NCBI GenBank assembly: GCA_963676835.2
Contig: CAXXFF010000004.1
Span: forward strand, 320,001-384,000
DNA: 64,000 nt
Source: Marispirochaeta sp.
GTDB lineage: Bacteria; Spirochaetota; Spirochaetia; JC444; Marispirochaetaceae
Direction: 5' to 3'
Shown: in pieces, positions 10,676-19,948 of the stretch
How the letters are laid out: the number at the start of each line of letters is the position of its first letter
How positions within the stretch are numbered: position 1 is the stretch's first letter
Notes under the pieces: generated by a model
Told to the model about the DNA's origin: nothing
What the model saw: only the letters and a program-made list of their open reading frames with translations
Databases searched by the model: none
Translations under genes and position numbers: made by a program

Positions 10676-11197
10676 ATGAGTAAGACACAGGAAAACCTGG
10701 CATCTGCATTTGCCGGAGAATCCCAGGCACGGAACAAATATACCTTTTATGCTCAGGTAGCACGCAAAGAAGGTTATCACTATATCGCAAAGATTTTCGA
10801 AGAAACCGCTGACAACGAAATGCGTCATGCCAAAGACGAATTCAAGATGATGGGCGGACTGGGCGATACAGCAAGCAACCTGAAGGATGCAATGGACGGT
10901 GAAAACTACGAAACCACCGACATGTACCCTAACATGGCTAAAGATGCAGAAGCTGAAGGCAACAAGGAAGCTGCAACACTCTTTTCCCAGATTGCCAAAG
11001 TAGAAGCACACCACCGCGACCGCTACGGAAGACTCCTTGATATGGTTAAAAACGACACCGTTTACAAGAGAGATTCTGCGATTGCATGGAAGTGCGGAGT
11101 TTGCGGATACATCTACGAAGGTACCGAGCCTCCAGCAAAGTGCCCCTGCTGCAAGCACCCCAAAGAGTACTACGAGCCTGCAAATCTGGACCTATAG
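10676..11197 (+). CDS. rbr: Rubrerythrin
   Basis: AFAGESQA, ExxH diiron motifs, C-terminal CGVC...CPCC rubredoxin domain. Confidence 0.95.
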   Translation: MSKTQENLASAFAGESQARNKYTFYAQVARKEGYHYIAKIFEETADNEMRHAKDEFKMMGGLGDTASNLKDAMDGENYETTDMYPNMAKDAEAEGNKEAATLFSQIAKVEAHHRDRYGRLLDMVKNDTVYKRDSAIAWKCGVCGYIYEGTEPPAKCPCCKHPKEYYEPANLDL

Positions 11198-11217
11198 GCC
11201 GAATTCAGGTTAATATG

Positions 11218-11248
11218 AACCCGGTACATTAAGTGCCGGGTTTTTTTT
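11218..11248 (+). terminator. Rho-independent terminator
   Basis: AACCCGGTAC-ATTAA-GTGCCGGGTT hairpin followed by a T run. Confidence 0.85.
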
Positions 11249-11332
11249 GTCCTTTTTTATAGGGAAATTTTAATAGGGAAAAGGCCAGAAAAGTATTTAT
11301 TTTTAAGTAACGCAAAATAGAGGAATTATAGT

Positions 11333-11743
11333 ATGAAAAAAATTCTACTGTTCCTGCTGGTAGCCCTGCTGCTTGCATCCTGCGCTTCTGCGCCGGAAAC
11401 CGAACCTGCTCCATCATTTGACATCAGCGGATTTAAACAGAAGGCGGACGACGCCAAAGCCCAGGCAGACAGCCTTAAAGCCGTAAAAGGCGCCCCCGAA
11501 AGCTACGCTGAAGCCCAGGCCCTGTATACCGAAGCGGAAAATGCCGCAGCCGCTGAAGACTGGGAAACTGCACAGAAGAAATACACCGAGGCGGAAGCAG
11601 CCTTTACCAAAGCCTTTAAAGAGGCGGAACAGAACAAGAAAGATGCCCAGAAAGCCCTGGAAGAAGCACTGCAGGCCATTTCGGCGGTTGAAAAGAACGC
11701 CGATGATGCCCGTAAAGAAGCCGGGATAGAAGGAGAAGAGTAA
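11333..11743 (+). CDS. Ala/Glu-rich helical lipoprotein
   Basis: Lipobox LLASC; coiled-coil composition. Confidence 0.8.
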   Translation: MKKILLFLLVALLLASCASAPETEPAPSFDISGFKQKADDAKAQADSLKAVKGAPESYAEAQALYTEAENAAAAEDWETAQKKYTEAEAAFTKAFKEAEQNKKDAQKALEEALQAISAVEKNADDARKEAGIEGEE

Positions 11744-12453
11744 TGAAAAAGCTGATCTTTTCTCTCTTCATGCTGCTTACAGCATCCCTGCTCTTTTCCC
11801 AGAGCCTGAAGGATAACCCCGATTACCGCGAGTCTGTCCGCTATAAGGGCCTTGCAGAAGCAGCTATTGAGGAAGGCGAATACAAGCAGGCAAAAGAGTA
11901 CGCGGAGCTTTCCGCTGAATATGCCCGCAAGTCTGATGAATACGTAGCCTTCATGCTGGCGAAGTACCGGGCAAACTCCCTGCTGCAGAGAGCAGCATCC
12001 CTGCAGGGTCAGGTGGAACGTTCGGGCCGGATACAAGAAGACCCCGCGGTTTTTGCCGAGGCGAAGGCTCTTATAACTGCAGCGGGAGAATTTTACAGCA
12101 ATGATGACTTTACCCTGAGCGCCGACAATAGCCGTACAGCCATTGCTATGCTGGAGGAGACCTTCGGCGGCCCCAGGGCTCAGACAGGTTCTGTCAGCGG
12201 ACTTCCCGCCTCCTACCTGGTACGCAAAATCCCCGGAAATGAAGACTGCTTCTGGCGTATTGCAGGATACGACTTTGTTTACGACAATGCTGCCGGCTGG
12301 AAACCCATATATGAGGCAAACAGGAGTAAACTTCCTGAACCGGGAAACCCGGACCTTATCCTTCCGGGCATGGTGCTGGACATTCCCTCCCGTCCGGGAG
12401 AGACCCGCAGCGGAGTATGGGTAGACGGAGAAATCCGCGCAAGCTATCCATAA
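11743..12453 (+). CDS. LysM peptidoglycan-binding protein (spirochaete type)
   Basis: Signal peptide; C-terminal YLV...DCFWRIA...WKPIYEAN...NPDLILPG. Confidence 0.85.
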   Translation: MKKLIFSLFMLLTASLLFSQSLKDNPDYRESVRYKGLAEAAIEEGEYKQAKEYAELSAEYARKSDEYVAFMLAKYRANSLLQRAASLQGQVERSGRIQEDPAVFAEAKALITAAGEFYSNDDFTLSADNSRTAIAMLEETFGGPRAQTGSVSGLPASYLVRKIPGNEDCFWRIAGYDFVYDNAAGWKPIYEANRSKLPEPGNPDLILPGMVLDIPSRPGETRSGVWVDGEIRASYP

Positions 12454-12456
12454 TCA

Positions 12457-13221
12457 GTGTTCCGCAGCGGCAGTTATCTTTTCGGCATAAAGGAGAAGGA
12501 ACCCGGGTATCGCTACTCTACCAATGAGTATGATATAAGCCAGGTTATTCTGGTTACCCGGGGAACCCTCCTTTTCGAATGCAGTCAGGGAAGGGAAGAG
12601 ATTGGAGCTCACAGTTTCTGTTTTCTTCCTCCCGGCTCCTCCTTTACATTAAGCTGCAGAAACGAAGGCTACAAAGGTATTGCATTTGAGATGTGGGAAC
12701 CGGAAGCCCCGGCATTGCCGCCGGCGGCCGGAGTATATCAGGCCGATCAGCGGATGCAGCTCCTTGCCGGCTGGGCGGAGGAGGAATACCGCAAATCCCC
12801 GACAATAGATACATCCCTGCTCATGGATATATGCCGGCTTATCTATACAAGCGGAAGATCGATCCATGTGTCCGCCACCGCATCCGCACCTTCCCGGGTG
12901 GAGGAATACCATACAGCCAGGGCGGCACAGCTGCTGAAGGCCCACGCATCGAGCGGCAAATCCGTTACCGGGATTCTTGAACCGCTGCCCATAAGCTACC
13001 GTCATCTTTCCCGTTATTTCAAAAAAGAGACAGGTGTGACGCCTAAGCAGTACCGCCACAACTGCCGCATGGAACTGGCAAAAGAATACCTTGAACATAC
13101 GAACATGCCCCCTTCCGCCATCGCCGCGGAGCTCGGATTTTCATCTTCCCAGCATTTCAGCAGTTCCTTTCTCTCTTTTACCGGTCTTTCTCCGGTAAAA
13201 TACCGAAAATCAATTCAATAA
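12457..13221 (+). CDS. AraC family regulator
   Basis: Cupin N-terminus; IAAELGFSSSQHFSSSF...GLSPVKYR. Confidence 0.9.
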   Translation: MFRSGSYLFGIKEKEPGYRYSTNEYDISQVILVTRGTLLFECSQGREEIGAHSFCFLPPGSSFTLSCRNEGYKGIAFEMWEPEAPALPPAAGVYQADQRMQLLAGWAEEEYRKSPTIDTSLLMDICRLIYTSGRSIHVSATASAPSRVEEYHTARAAQLLKAHASSGKSVTGILEPLPISYRHLSRYFKKETGVTPKQYRHNCRMELAKEYLEHTNMPPSAIAAELGFSSSQHFSSSFLSFTGLSPVKYRKSIQ

Positions 13222-13348
13222 AAACCAGTCTGTACTTGTATAAAAACCGGACATGAATTATCCCTTAAAGTCTCTTTTCCCAGACCTCTCTGGTATAATG
13301 ACCTTTGTACAGCAGACTTAATACCATGGTTTCAGGAGCAGAGAGAAT

Positions 13349-14083
13349 ATGATAACAATCGATCTGACAGGAATGCGCGGCATTGTTACCGGCGCATCCC
13401 GGGGAATAGGTGCAGCCATTGCAGCCGCCCTGGTAGAGGCAGGCGCGGAGGTTCACAGCCTGTCCCGCTCACTGCCGGAGGAAAAAACAGATAACATTAA
13501 TTATCACCTCTGCGATATCACCGACCGGGAAAAAACTTCCGGGCTTATTCAGGAAATAGGCAGTGCCGGAGGCATCGATTTTCTAATTAATAATGCAGGG
13601 CTTACTTTAAGAAAACGGGCGGAGGATCTGGAAGATTCCGAATGGGAGAGTATAAGCGCCCTTAATATCGACGCCCTCTTCTTTCTCTGCCGGGACTGCT
13701 ACCCTTTCCTGACAAAGTCTCCCTTTACCGGCAGGATTCTCTCCATCTCCTCCATGGCCGCCTATAAGGGTTTCTCCGAGGTTGCCCCCTACTGCATTAC
13801 CAAAACCGCTGTGACAGGCCTTACCCGGTCCCTTGCTTCAGAGTGGGCACAGGATAATATCCTGGTAAACTCCATAGCCCCGGGCTGGTTCCCCACGGAA
13901 CTTACCCGCCAGGTAATGGACAACGACCGCAAGGCAAAGATTCTCTCCCGCATTCCCATGGGCCGTTTCGGCGACCCCGCCGAGCTTGCACCCATGGCGG
14001 CTTTTCTGCTGAGCCCTCTCGCAAAATATATAACCGGACAGGATATCGCCGTTGACGGCGGAGCCCTGGCGTTCGGCTACTGA
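13349..14083 (+). CDS. SDR oxidoreductase (gluconate 5-dehydrogenase-like)
   Basis: TGASRGIG, NNAG, YCITK. Confidence 0.9.
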   Translation: MITIDLTGMRGIVTGASRGIGAAIAAALVEAGAEVHSLSRSLPEEKTDNINYHLCDITDREKTSGLIQEIGSAGGIDFLINNAGLTLRKRAEDLEDSEWESISALNIDALFFLCRDCYPFLTKSPFTGRILSISSMAAYKGFSEVAPYCITKTAVTGLTRSLASEWAQDNILVNSIAPGWFPTELTRQVMDNDRKAKILSRIPMGRFGDPAELAPMAAFLLSPLAKYITGQDIAVDGGALAFGY

Positions 14084-14108
14084 TACAGTAATAACCAAGG
14101 AGTAAACC

Positions 14109-15194
14109 ATGAAAAACAGCTTTAAGGATATTCGCCTTTATAAGGCAGTTTCAACCATAAGCAAACCAATTGCAGATTCCACCCACACCATCAGCACCAT
14201 CGCCTTCAATGTAGTAGAGGTGGAGCTTGAAAGCGGTGTTACCGGACAGGGATATCTGTTAGCTTTCCACTACTCTCCCAACGCCATTGCCGGTGCGTTG
14301 AAAGACATACGCACCCATATTCTCGAAACAGGTTATGAGGTTCAGGAAACTGTACGGCTGACAGAGGACTATACTATTGAAACCGAGTACTTCGGCAGTA
14401 ACGGTCTGCAGAAATGGGCCCTGGCGGCAGTTAACGTAGCCATGTGGGATGCCTGGGCCAAAACTCTGAACACCCCTATCTGGAAGCTGCTGGGTACGGG
14501 GATGAAGAAAATCCCCGTTTACGGTTCCGGCGGCTGGCTCTCCTACTCCGATGAGGAACTCCTGGATGAGGTTCTGGGTTATAAAAAACGGGGCTTTCCT
14601 GCGGTAAAAATAAAGGTGGGTTCAAAACAGGGTGTTGCCCACGACTTGCACCGCCTTAAGAAATGCCGGGAAGCCCTGGGACTGGATGTACGCATTATGA
14701 TGGATGCCAACCAGGGGATGGATGTGCCTTCCGCTATTGAACTTTCGGAAAAGGCAATGGACATTGGTATTCAATGGTTTGAAGAACCCCTGAAGAATAC
14801 CGACTATGCAGGTTACCAGCTGCTTCGGGGGAAATCGGGCATTGCCATTGCCATGGGAGAACGGGAGTACGATACCCAGACGTTAAAGGCCCTTATTGAG
14901 AGGAATGCCCTCGATTTGTGGCAGCCGGATATTATCCGCATCGGCGGAGTTGAAGGCTGGAGGGATTCGGCTGCACTGGCGGTGCAGTACAATATTCCTG
15001 TGCTGCCCCACTACTATAAGGACTACGATGTTCCTCTGCTGTGTACTGTACCTAAGGCCTTCGGGGCTGAGTCTTTCGACTGGATTGACGGGATTATTGA
15101 CAATACCATGCGGATTGAAGATGGCTGGGCGTATCCCCGGGAAGGTGCGGGATGGGGGTTCAGCTTTAAGAAGGAGTTTCTGGAGGAGATTTAA
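14109..15194 (+). CDS. Mandelate racemase/muconate lactonizing enzyme family (likely sugar-acid dehydratase)
   Basis: KIK, MDANQG, WFEEP, GE, QPD, PH motifs. Confidence 0.9.
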   Translation: MKNSFKDIRLYKAVSTISKPIADSTHTISTIAFNVVEVELESGVTGQGYLLAFHYSPNAIAGALKDIRTHILETGYEVQETVRLTEDYTIETEYFGSNGLQKWALAAVNVAMWDAWAKTLNTPIWKLLGTGMKKIPVYGSGGWLSYSDEELLDEVLGYKKRGFPAVKIKVGSKQGVAHDLHRLKKCREALGLDVRIMMDANQGMDVPSAIELSEKAMDIGIQWFEEPLKNTDYAGYQLLRGKSGIAIAMGEREYDTQTLKALIERNALDLWQPDIIRIGGVEGWRDSAALAVQYNIPVLPHYYKDYDVPLLCTVPKAFGAESFDWIDGIIDNTMRIEDGWAYPREGAGWGFSFKKEFLEEI

Positions 15195-15388
15195 GGTCGC
15201 AAAACGACCGGGGTCTGTTACATGAGATGATATTCACAATTAACTGTTCATTCTTATACAGACCCCAACAAGTTTACCAGGCATCATTTAAACAAGTCCC
15301 ATCCGCCCAGGCCTTGCATCTTTCCACATAGAAAAACCGATATCAGCATTCTATCTTAAATTTTTTAATGGCAAAGCTATTGTTGCAG

Positions 15389-15411
15389 AGTTATACTGCA
15401 GAAGTATAACT
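15389..15411. promoter_or_regulatory. Perfect inverted repeat upstream of the candidate attI
   Basis: AGTTATACT-GCAGA-AGTATAACT. Confidence 0.45.
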
Positions 15412-15509
15412 GTAACTTTCCGACTGTTAATACTACATACTAAGGTAAATTATTATGCATAGCGAAGGTTTTTATTTCGTTTTTACCATTCCCAATAACT
15501 TATATATAA

Positions 15510-15534
15510 AAGTGGTTAAGTGATTATGTTATAT
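15510..15534 (+). mobile_element. Candidate integron attI site (crossover G|TT at 15528/15529)
   Basis: GTTATATACAA (15528-15538) is the exact reverse complement of TTGTATATAAC (16373-16383), the R'' end of cassette 1; upstream sequence is not attC-like; extra GTTRRRY (GTTAAGT) at 15515. Confidence 0.6.
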
Positions 15535-15741
15535 ACAAAATTTTTCGAAATATGAAGTATTTTCAATCGAGTTTTCTACTGGTGAAAAAAATTGAAGTTT
15601 ATCCTCATTGAAGATATAATTGGATTGAAGTGTGGTTTTCAGACGAATGAAGAACTTCAGGAGATGCAGAACAAACATAGGCTGTTTATAAATTAACCAT
15701 ATATATGATTAATTGGATAATTTCGGGTAAATGGGAATAAT

Positions 15742-16323
15742 ATGAAAAATAAATTACAAGTGTTCGGAATTATAGTGTTGTCTTCTATTATTTCACTGGG
15801 TTGTGTTACACAACAGACATCCGATGAACCTATGTATCCCGTAGAAGAATATAAAATAGAGGACGATTCTGAATGGCAATCGTTAAAAGAAGATGAAAAA
15901 GTCTCGCCGAATGACACAGACGGATTTCCCGAAAATATCTTTGAAGTGGCGTTCGGGAAACTGCTTAATAGTAAGGAAACAACGTTATATTTCTATAAGT
16001 TTAGAAACACTGATGTCGACTTGCGTCAGAACCAGGAAGATGCCGCCCGACATATGTTAAATCTCAAAGAAATTGGCTTTTCTGAAACTATTGATCCCAA
16101 GGCAGCTGATTATATTTTAGAGGCCTCTTTTAAAAGAACTGTTTCAGAAATAAGATCAGGCACCCATAGTATTACAGATAGAGAAATAACTATCAACTAC
16201 AGATTGATCGAAACAGGTGATAGTGTAGTCGTAGCTGAAAACAGATTTTTTCTACGCTATTATATGCTATCAGTAGACTACGAAATTGTAGATGAGATTA
16301 TTGTTCAGAAGATATGGCAGTAG
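15742..16323 (+). CDS. Hypothetical lipoprotein (cassette 1)
   Basis: Lipobox ISLGC; followed by attC1. Confidence 0.75.
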   Translation: MKNKLQVFGIIVLSSIISLGCVTQQTSDEPMYPVEEYKIEDDSEWQSLKEDEKVSPNDTDGFPENIFEVAFGKLLNSKETTLYFYKFRNTDVDLRQNQEDAARHMLNLKEIGFSETIDPKAADYILEASFKRTVSEIRSGTHSITDREITINYRLIETGDSVVVAENRFFLRYYMLSVDYEIVDEIIVQKIWQ

Positions 16324-16376
16324 TTGAGTAGAATTAAAACGATCAAAACCAAATACATACTTGTTAGATAAATTGT

Positions 16377-16547
16377 ATATAACAAGCAATTGGAGCAGAC
16401 ATGGCTACTGTCATGGTTTGTGCAGTAACGGAAACCAGGTGAATGTAAGTTTCAGGTGATTCCGAGCTGAATCCGTAGTAAAATGGGATAGAGTTACAGC
16501 ACAAACCACGCCAGCTTAACGCCACGCAGCTCAATTGGATGTTATAT
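16377..16547 (+). repeat. attC site 1 (171 bp)
   Basis: R'' ATATAAC, L'' CAATTGGAGC pairs with L' GCTCAATTG leaving one extra G, inner stem TGGTTTGTGC/GCACAAACCA, R' GTTATAT. Confidence 0.93.
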
Positions 16548-16606
16548 TTACTTTCAGAAAATTTAGTAGTAAAATATCGGTTGTAAGGTAATAAGGGTTA
16601 GCCGAT

Positions 16607-17536
16607 ATGGATGAAAAGCTTCTATCGAGCATAGAAGGCAAGAAACGAGAACTTGATAAACATAGGCCGCTGAATGCTTCAATCTCGCGGAAATTGCATG
16701 AACAACTCGTATTAGAATGGACATACAACTCAAACGCAATTGAAGGTAATACTCTCAGCCTGCAGGAAACAGAAGTCGTCCTGAATCAAGGCATCACAAT
16801 AGGTGGAAAATCGGTTAATGAACACCTTGAGGCGATTAACCATAAAGAAGGCATTGAATTCCTCAATACAGTTATTCAGAAGAAAGAAGATCTTAGTGAC
16901 AGCATAATCCGTGAATGTCATAGGCTTATTCTCAAAGGAATTGATGATTTAGAAGCTGGTGCGTATAGAAGAACCAATGTAAGAATAGTAGGAGCGCGAT
17001 TGATACCACCTCAGGCAATAAAAGTAAAGCCTAAAATGGAAGAACTCATCGCCTGGTATTATGAAAACCGATATTCAATGCCAATTGCAGTACTTGCAGC
17101 TCAGTTTCATTATAAATTTGTATGCATACATCCCTTTATTGATGGTAATGGAAGGGTAGCACGTCTTCTTATGAACCTTATTCTAATGGCAAATGGTTAT
17201 CCACCAGCAGTAATCTTGAAAGTGGACAGGAAAAAGTATTATCGGGTACTAAATGAAGCGAATACAGGAAATGAGGAATCGTTAGAAGATTTCATAGGAA
17301 AATCCATTGAACGAACTCTTATCATATATCTGAACAGTATTCAGCCGAATACTGATGAAAAACAAGGCTTCATCAATCTTAAAGAAGCGTCACAGTATTG
17401 TGATTACTCCCAGGAATACCTATCTCTTCTCGCGCGAAAAGGTAAACTCTCGGCAATTAAGCTAAATAAGGAATGGGTTACAACCCGTGAAGCGCTTGAA
17501 GAATATGTAAATAGCCAGAATAAGGTGAATAATTGA
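16607..17536 (+). CDS. Fic family protein with C-terminal HTH (cassette 2)
   Basis: HPFIDGNGRVAR Fic motif; SNAIEGN inhibitory motif; excisionase-like HTH at the C-terminus. Confidence 0.92.
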   Translation: MDEKLLSSIEGKKRELDKHRPLNASISRKLHEQLVLEWTYNSNAIEGNTLSLQETEVVLNQGITIGGKSVNEHLEAINHKEGIEFLNTVIQKKEDLSDSIIRECHRLILKGIDDLEAGAYRRTNVRIVGARLIPPQAIKVKPKMEELIAWYYENRYSMPIAVLAAQFHYKFVCIHPFIDGNGRVARLLMNLILMANGYPPAVILKVDRKKYYRVLNEANTGNEESLEDFIGKSIERTLIIYLNSIQPNTDEKQGFINLKEASQYCDYSQEYLSLLARKGKLSAIKLNKEWVTTREALEEYVNSQNKVNN

Positions 17537-17541
17537 AAAAA

Positions 17542-17714
17542 ATATAACCAGCAATTGGAGCAGACATGGCTACTGTCATGGTTTGTGCTAATAAAGATAA
17601 GTCTTGAAATGCTCTTTCCAGGTGATTCCGAGCTGAAATCGTAGTAGAATGTATGAGTAGTTGCGGCACAAACCACGCCAGCTTAACGCCACGCAGCTCA
17701 ATTGGATGTTAAAT
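17542..17714 (+). repeat. attC site 2 (173 bp)
   Basis: ATATAAC...GTTAAAT; same arms as attC1. Confidence 0.93.
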
Positions 17715-18033
17715 CGCCATTGAGAAAATGTATCAGGCCCTGCGCTGAAAACGCATGGAAATGTGGGTCACATGACAGGATAATCGAAATGGTTGGATCT
17801 ACTTGGATTAACAATTTATCGGGGAAGAATAGGGCCCTCCGATTGTTTATGGGCAAGATCCGGGTAAAGGTATAGAGATTTCAGGTGATATCCAGGTAAT
17901 GCACCCGATGAATAAACAAAATGAAAGTTCTGCAAGGGCCATCTTTTTGAATGGTCGTGCGCTTCGAAATCTAAAAGTCATCCAACCTATGGCTTCGTTT
18001 TCCAAGTGCGTTATGTAAGGCATCACAATGTCG
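17709..18033 (+). other. ORF-less gene cassette, copy A (cassette 3)
   Basis: 325 bp between attC2 and attC3, no conserved ORF; about 91% identical to 19155-19479. Confidence 0.85.
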
Positions 18034-18208
18034 GTTTAACCAGCAATTGGAGCAGTCATGCCTATTGTCATGCTTTATGCAATGGAAGGTTGAAAGTGAA
18101 GGGCAAAGAATCCATGTGATTCCGAGCGAAAGTAATTGTATAATACTGGTTATAAAACAGCATAAAGCACGCCAACTTGACGGCATGCAGCTCAATTGGA
18201 TGTTATAT
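18034..18208 (+). repeat. attC site 3 (175 bp)
   Basis: GTTTAAC...GTTATAT; inner stem TGCTTTATGC/GCATAAAGCA, compensatory relative to attC1. Confidence 0.92.
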
Positions 18209-18459
18209 AGGAATCGGGGGTACAGATCAGATTCTGGGTGCCAATTGCACCATTACGCAGTATAAAAAATTACTGTAGGTAAAGGGTTCAGTTGAATTAC
18301 AGAGAAGAAGATTATCGAAACTTAAAAAAGGATTAGATTAACGTTATTGATTATAGTTTTCACTCCTAAACAAACTGAAGAAATGATTTATAAAACTATA
18401 CTATATTTTCAGAATGTTAGTTTCAAACCAGAAATAGAAAATCTAAGGAGAGGTAAAAA

Positions 18460-18972
18460 ATGGAAATCAACATAAATATTGTTGTCGTTCTCGTCGTAAT
18501 ATTTGTAATTGCCTTTGCAGGAAAAATTAAAAAGAATTCAAATAAGGAAGAAGAAAATAACGGAGACAATTCTGAGAAAGCTATTGAAGATGAATTTATC
18601 GATTATAATGATAAATTTACGCAGGCTAATAGAAGCGAACCTGTTATGCCGTTAGTCAGGACCTTTTCTATTGAAGATAAAATGATGCTACGGTCAATGC
18701 TGGATGCTGAGAAAATACCAACATATGTAAAGGGTGAACATGTCAATAACATGCTTCCTGGTATTGGTGTGCAAGGTTATTCAGATAGCATTATCTACGT
18801 ATATAGTAACGACTATGAGGATGCAGAAAGTATTGTCCATGATTATGTTCAAAATTTAATTGATTCGATTGAACCGGAAAGGGAATCAGGATTTGTTGAT
18901 ATTGTAGCTGTAGTAAATACAGCACCAACAAAATATAATCAATACATTCCAGAAATTATAAAAAAGAAATAA
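18460..18972 (+). CDS. Membrane-anchored DUF2007-like (PII-like) protein (cassette 4)
   Basis: N-terminal TM; LRSMLDAEKIPTYV...IYVYSNDYEDA pattern; AAGGAGAGG RBS. Confidence 0.7.
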   Translation: MEININIVVVLVVIFVIAFAGKIKKNSNKEEENNGDNSEKAIEDEFIDYNDKFTQANRSEPVMPLVRTFSIEDKMMLRSMLDAEKIPTYVKGEHVNNMLPGIGVQGYSDSIIYVYSNDYEDAESIVHDYVQNLIDSIEPERESGFVDIVAVVNTAPTKYNQYIPEIIKKK

Positions 18973-18989
18973 ATTAAACGCGAGATTCT

Positions 18990-19160
18990 ATATAACCAGC
19001 AATTGGAGCAGTCATGGCTACTGTCATGGTTTGTGCAGTAACGGAAACCAAATGAATGATTATTTCAGGTGATTCCGAGCTGATATTGTAGTAGAATGGA
19101 ACTGAGTTGCAGCACAAACCACGCCAGCTTAACGCCATGCAGCTCAATTGGATGTTAAAT
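18990..19160 (+). repeat. attC site 4 (171 bp)
   Basis: ATATAAC...GTTAAAT; closest to attC1. Confidence 0.93.
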
Positions 19161-19479
19161 CGCCATTGAGAAAATGTATCAGGCCCTGCGCTGAAAACGC
19201 ATGGAAATGTGTGTCACATGACAGGAAAATCGAAATGGTTGGATCTACTTGGATTAACGATTTACCGGGAAAGAATAGGGCCATCCGATTGTCTATGGGC
19301 AAGATCTGGGTAAAGTTATAGAGATTTCAGGCGAGTTCCTGGTAATGCACCCGATGAATAAATAAAATGATAGTTCTGCAAGGGCCATCCTTTTGAATGG
19401 TCGTGCGCTCCGAACTCAGAAAGTCATGTAACCAGTGGCATCGTTTTCTAAGTGCTGGATGTAAGGCATCACAATGTCG
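19155..19479 (+). other. ORF-less gene cassette, copy B (cassette 5)
   Basis: 325 bp, colinear with copy A without indels. Confidence 0.85.
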
Positions 19480-19660
19480 GTTTAACCAGCAATTGGAGCA
19501 GACAAAACCTATTGTCATGGTTTTTGCTAACGGTTTTATCCTGGTGAATTGGAATAAGTCGCTTTCCAGAGTAAAAACTGTTGTATAATGCTGTAATCAG
19601 GCAGCAAAAACGCATGCCAATGCCTTCGGCACGGCTTTGCAGCTCAATTGGATGTTCTAC
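19480..19660 (+). repeat. attC site 5 (181 bp)
   Basis: GTTTAAC CAGCAATTGGAGC...GCTCAATTGGAT GTTCTAC; inner stem GTTTTTGCT/AGCAAAAAC. Confidence 0.9.
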
Positions 19661-19948
19661 TGACTGGCGGTATGTTCATTTATCTTCCATGTAAAAATCA
19701 GTACCTGAAAATGCAAAATTAATAATATTTCCTCCGGAAGGGAGAGTAAATATTGGGCTTAAAACCCCAGTGGGAGAATAGGTATTGGGAATGAATGGTG
19801 GTATATTGAAAACAATCGAATTTTCATGAAAATATTTTAAAATAGATGTGAAGTTTACTTATGGTATGAGCCATATTTAAGGTTGAGTAATATTCTATAG
19901 GATAAATCAAAATATTGTTGTAATTTTATCAATAAAGGATAAAAACGA

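Noticed and set aside
15507..15534. dif site (TTATGTTATAT resembles a XerD arm)
   Set aside because: No XerC-like left arm; the motif is explained by complementarity to the end of cassette 1
17847..18023. 58-aa minus-strand ORF (MPYITHLENE...) in ORF-less cassette A
   Set aside because: Copy B has a stop at codon 18, substitutions fall in all codon positions, and there is no RBS; a 17-aa peptide cannot be fully excluded
17404..19588. Short ORFs 17404-17676, 17971-18195, 18047-18265, 19327-19518, 19397-19588
   Set aside because: They run through attC palindromes, lack an RBS and are not conserved between copies
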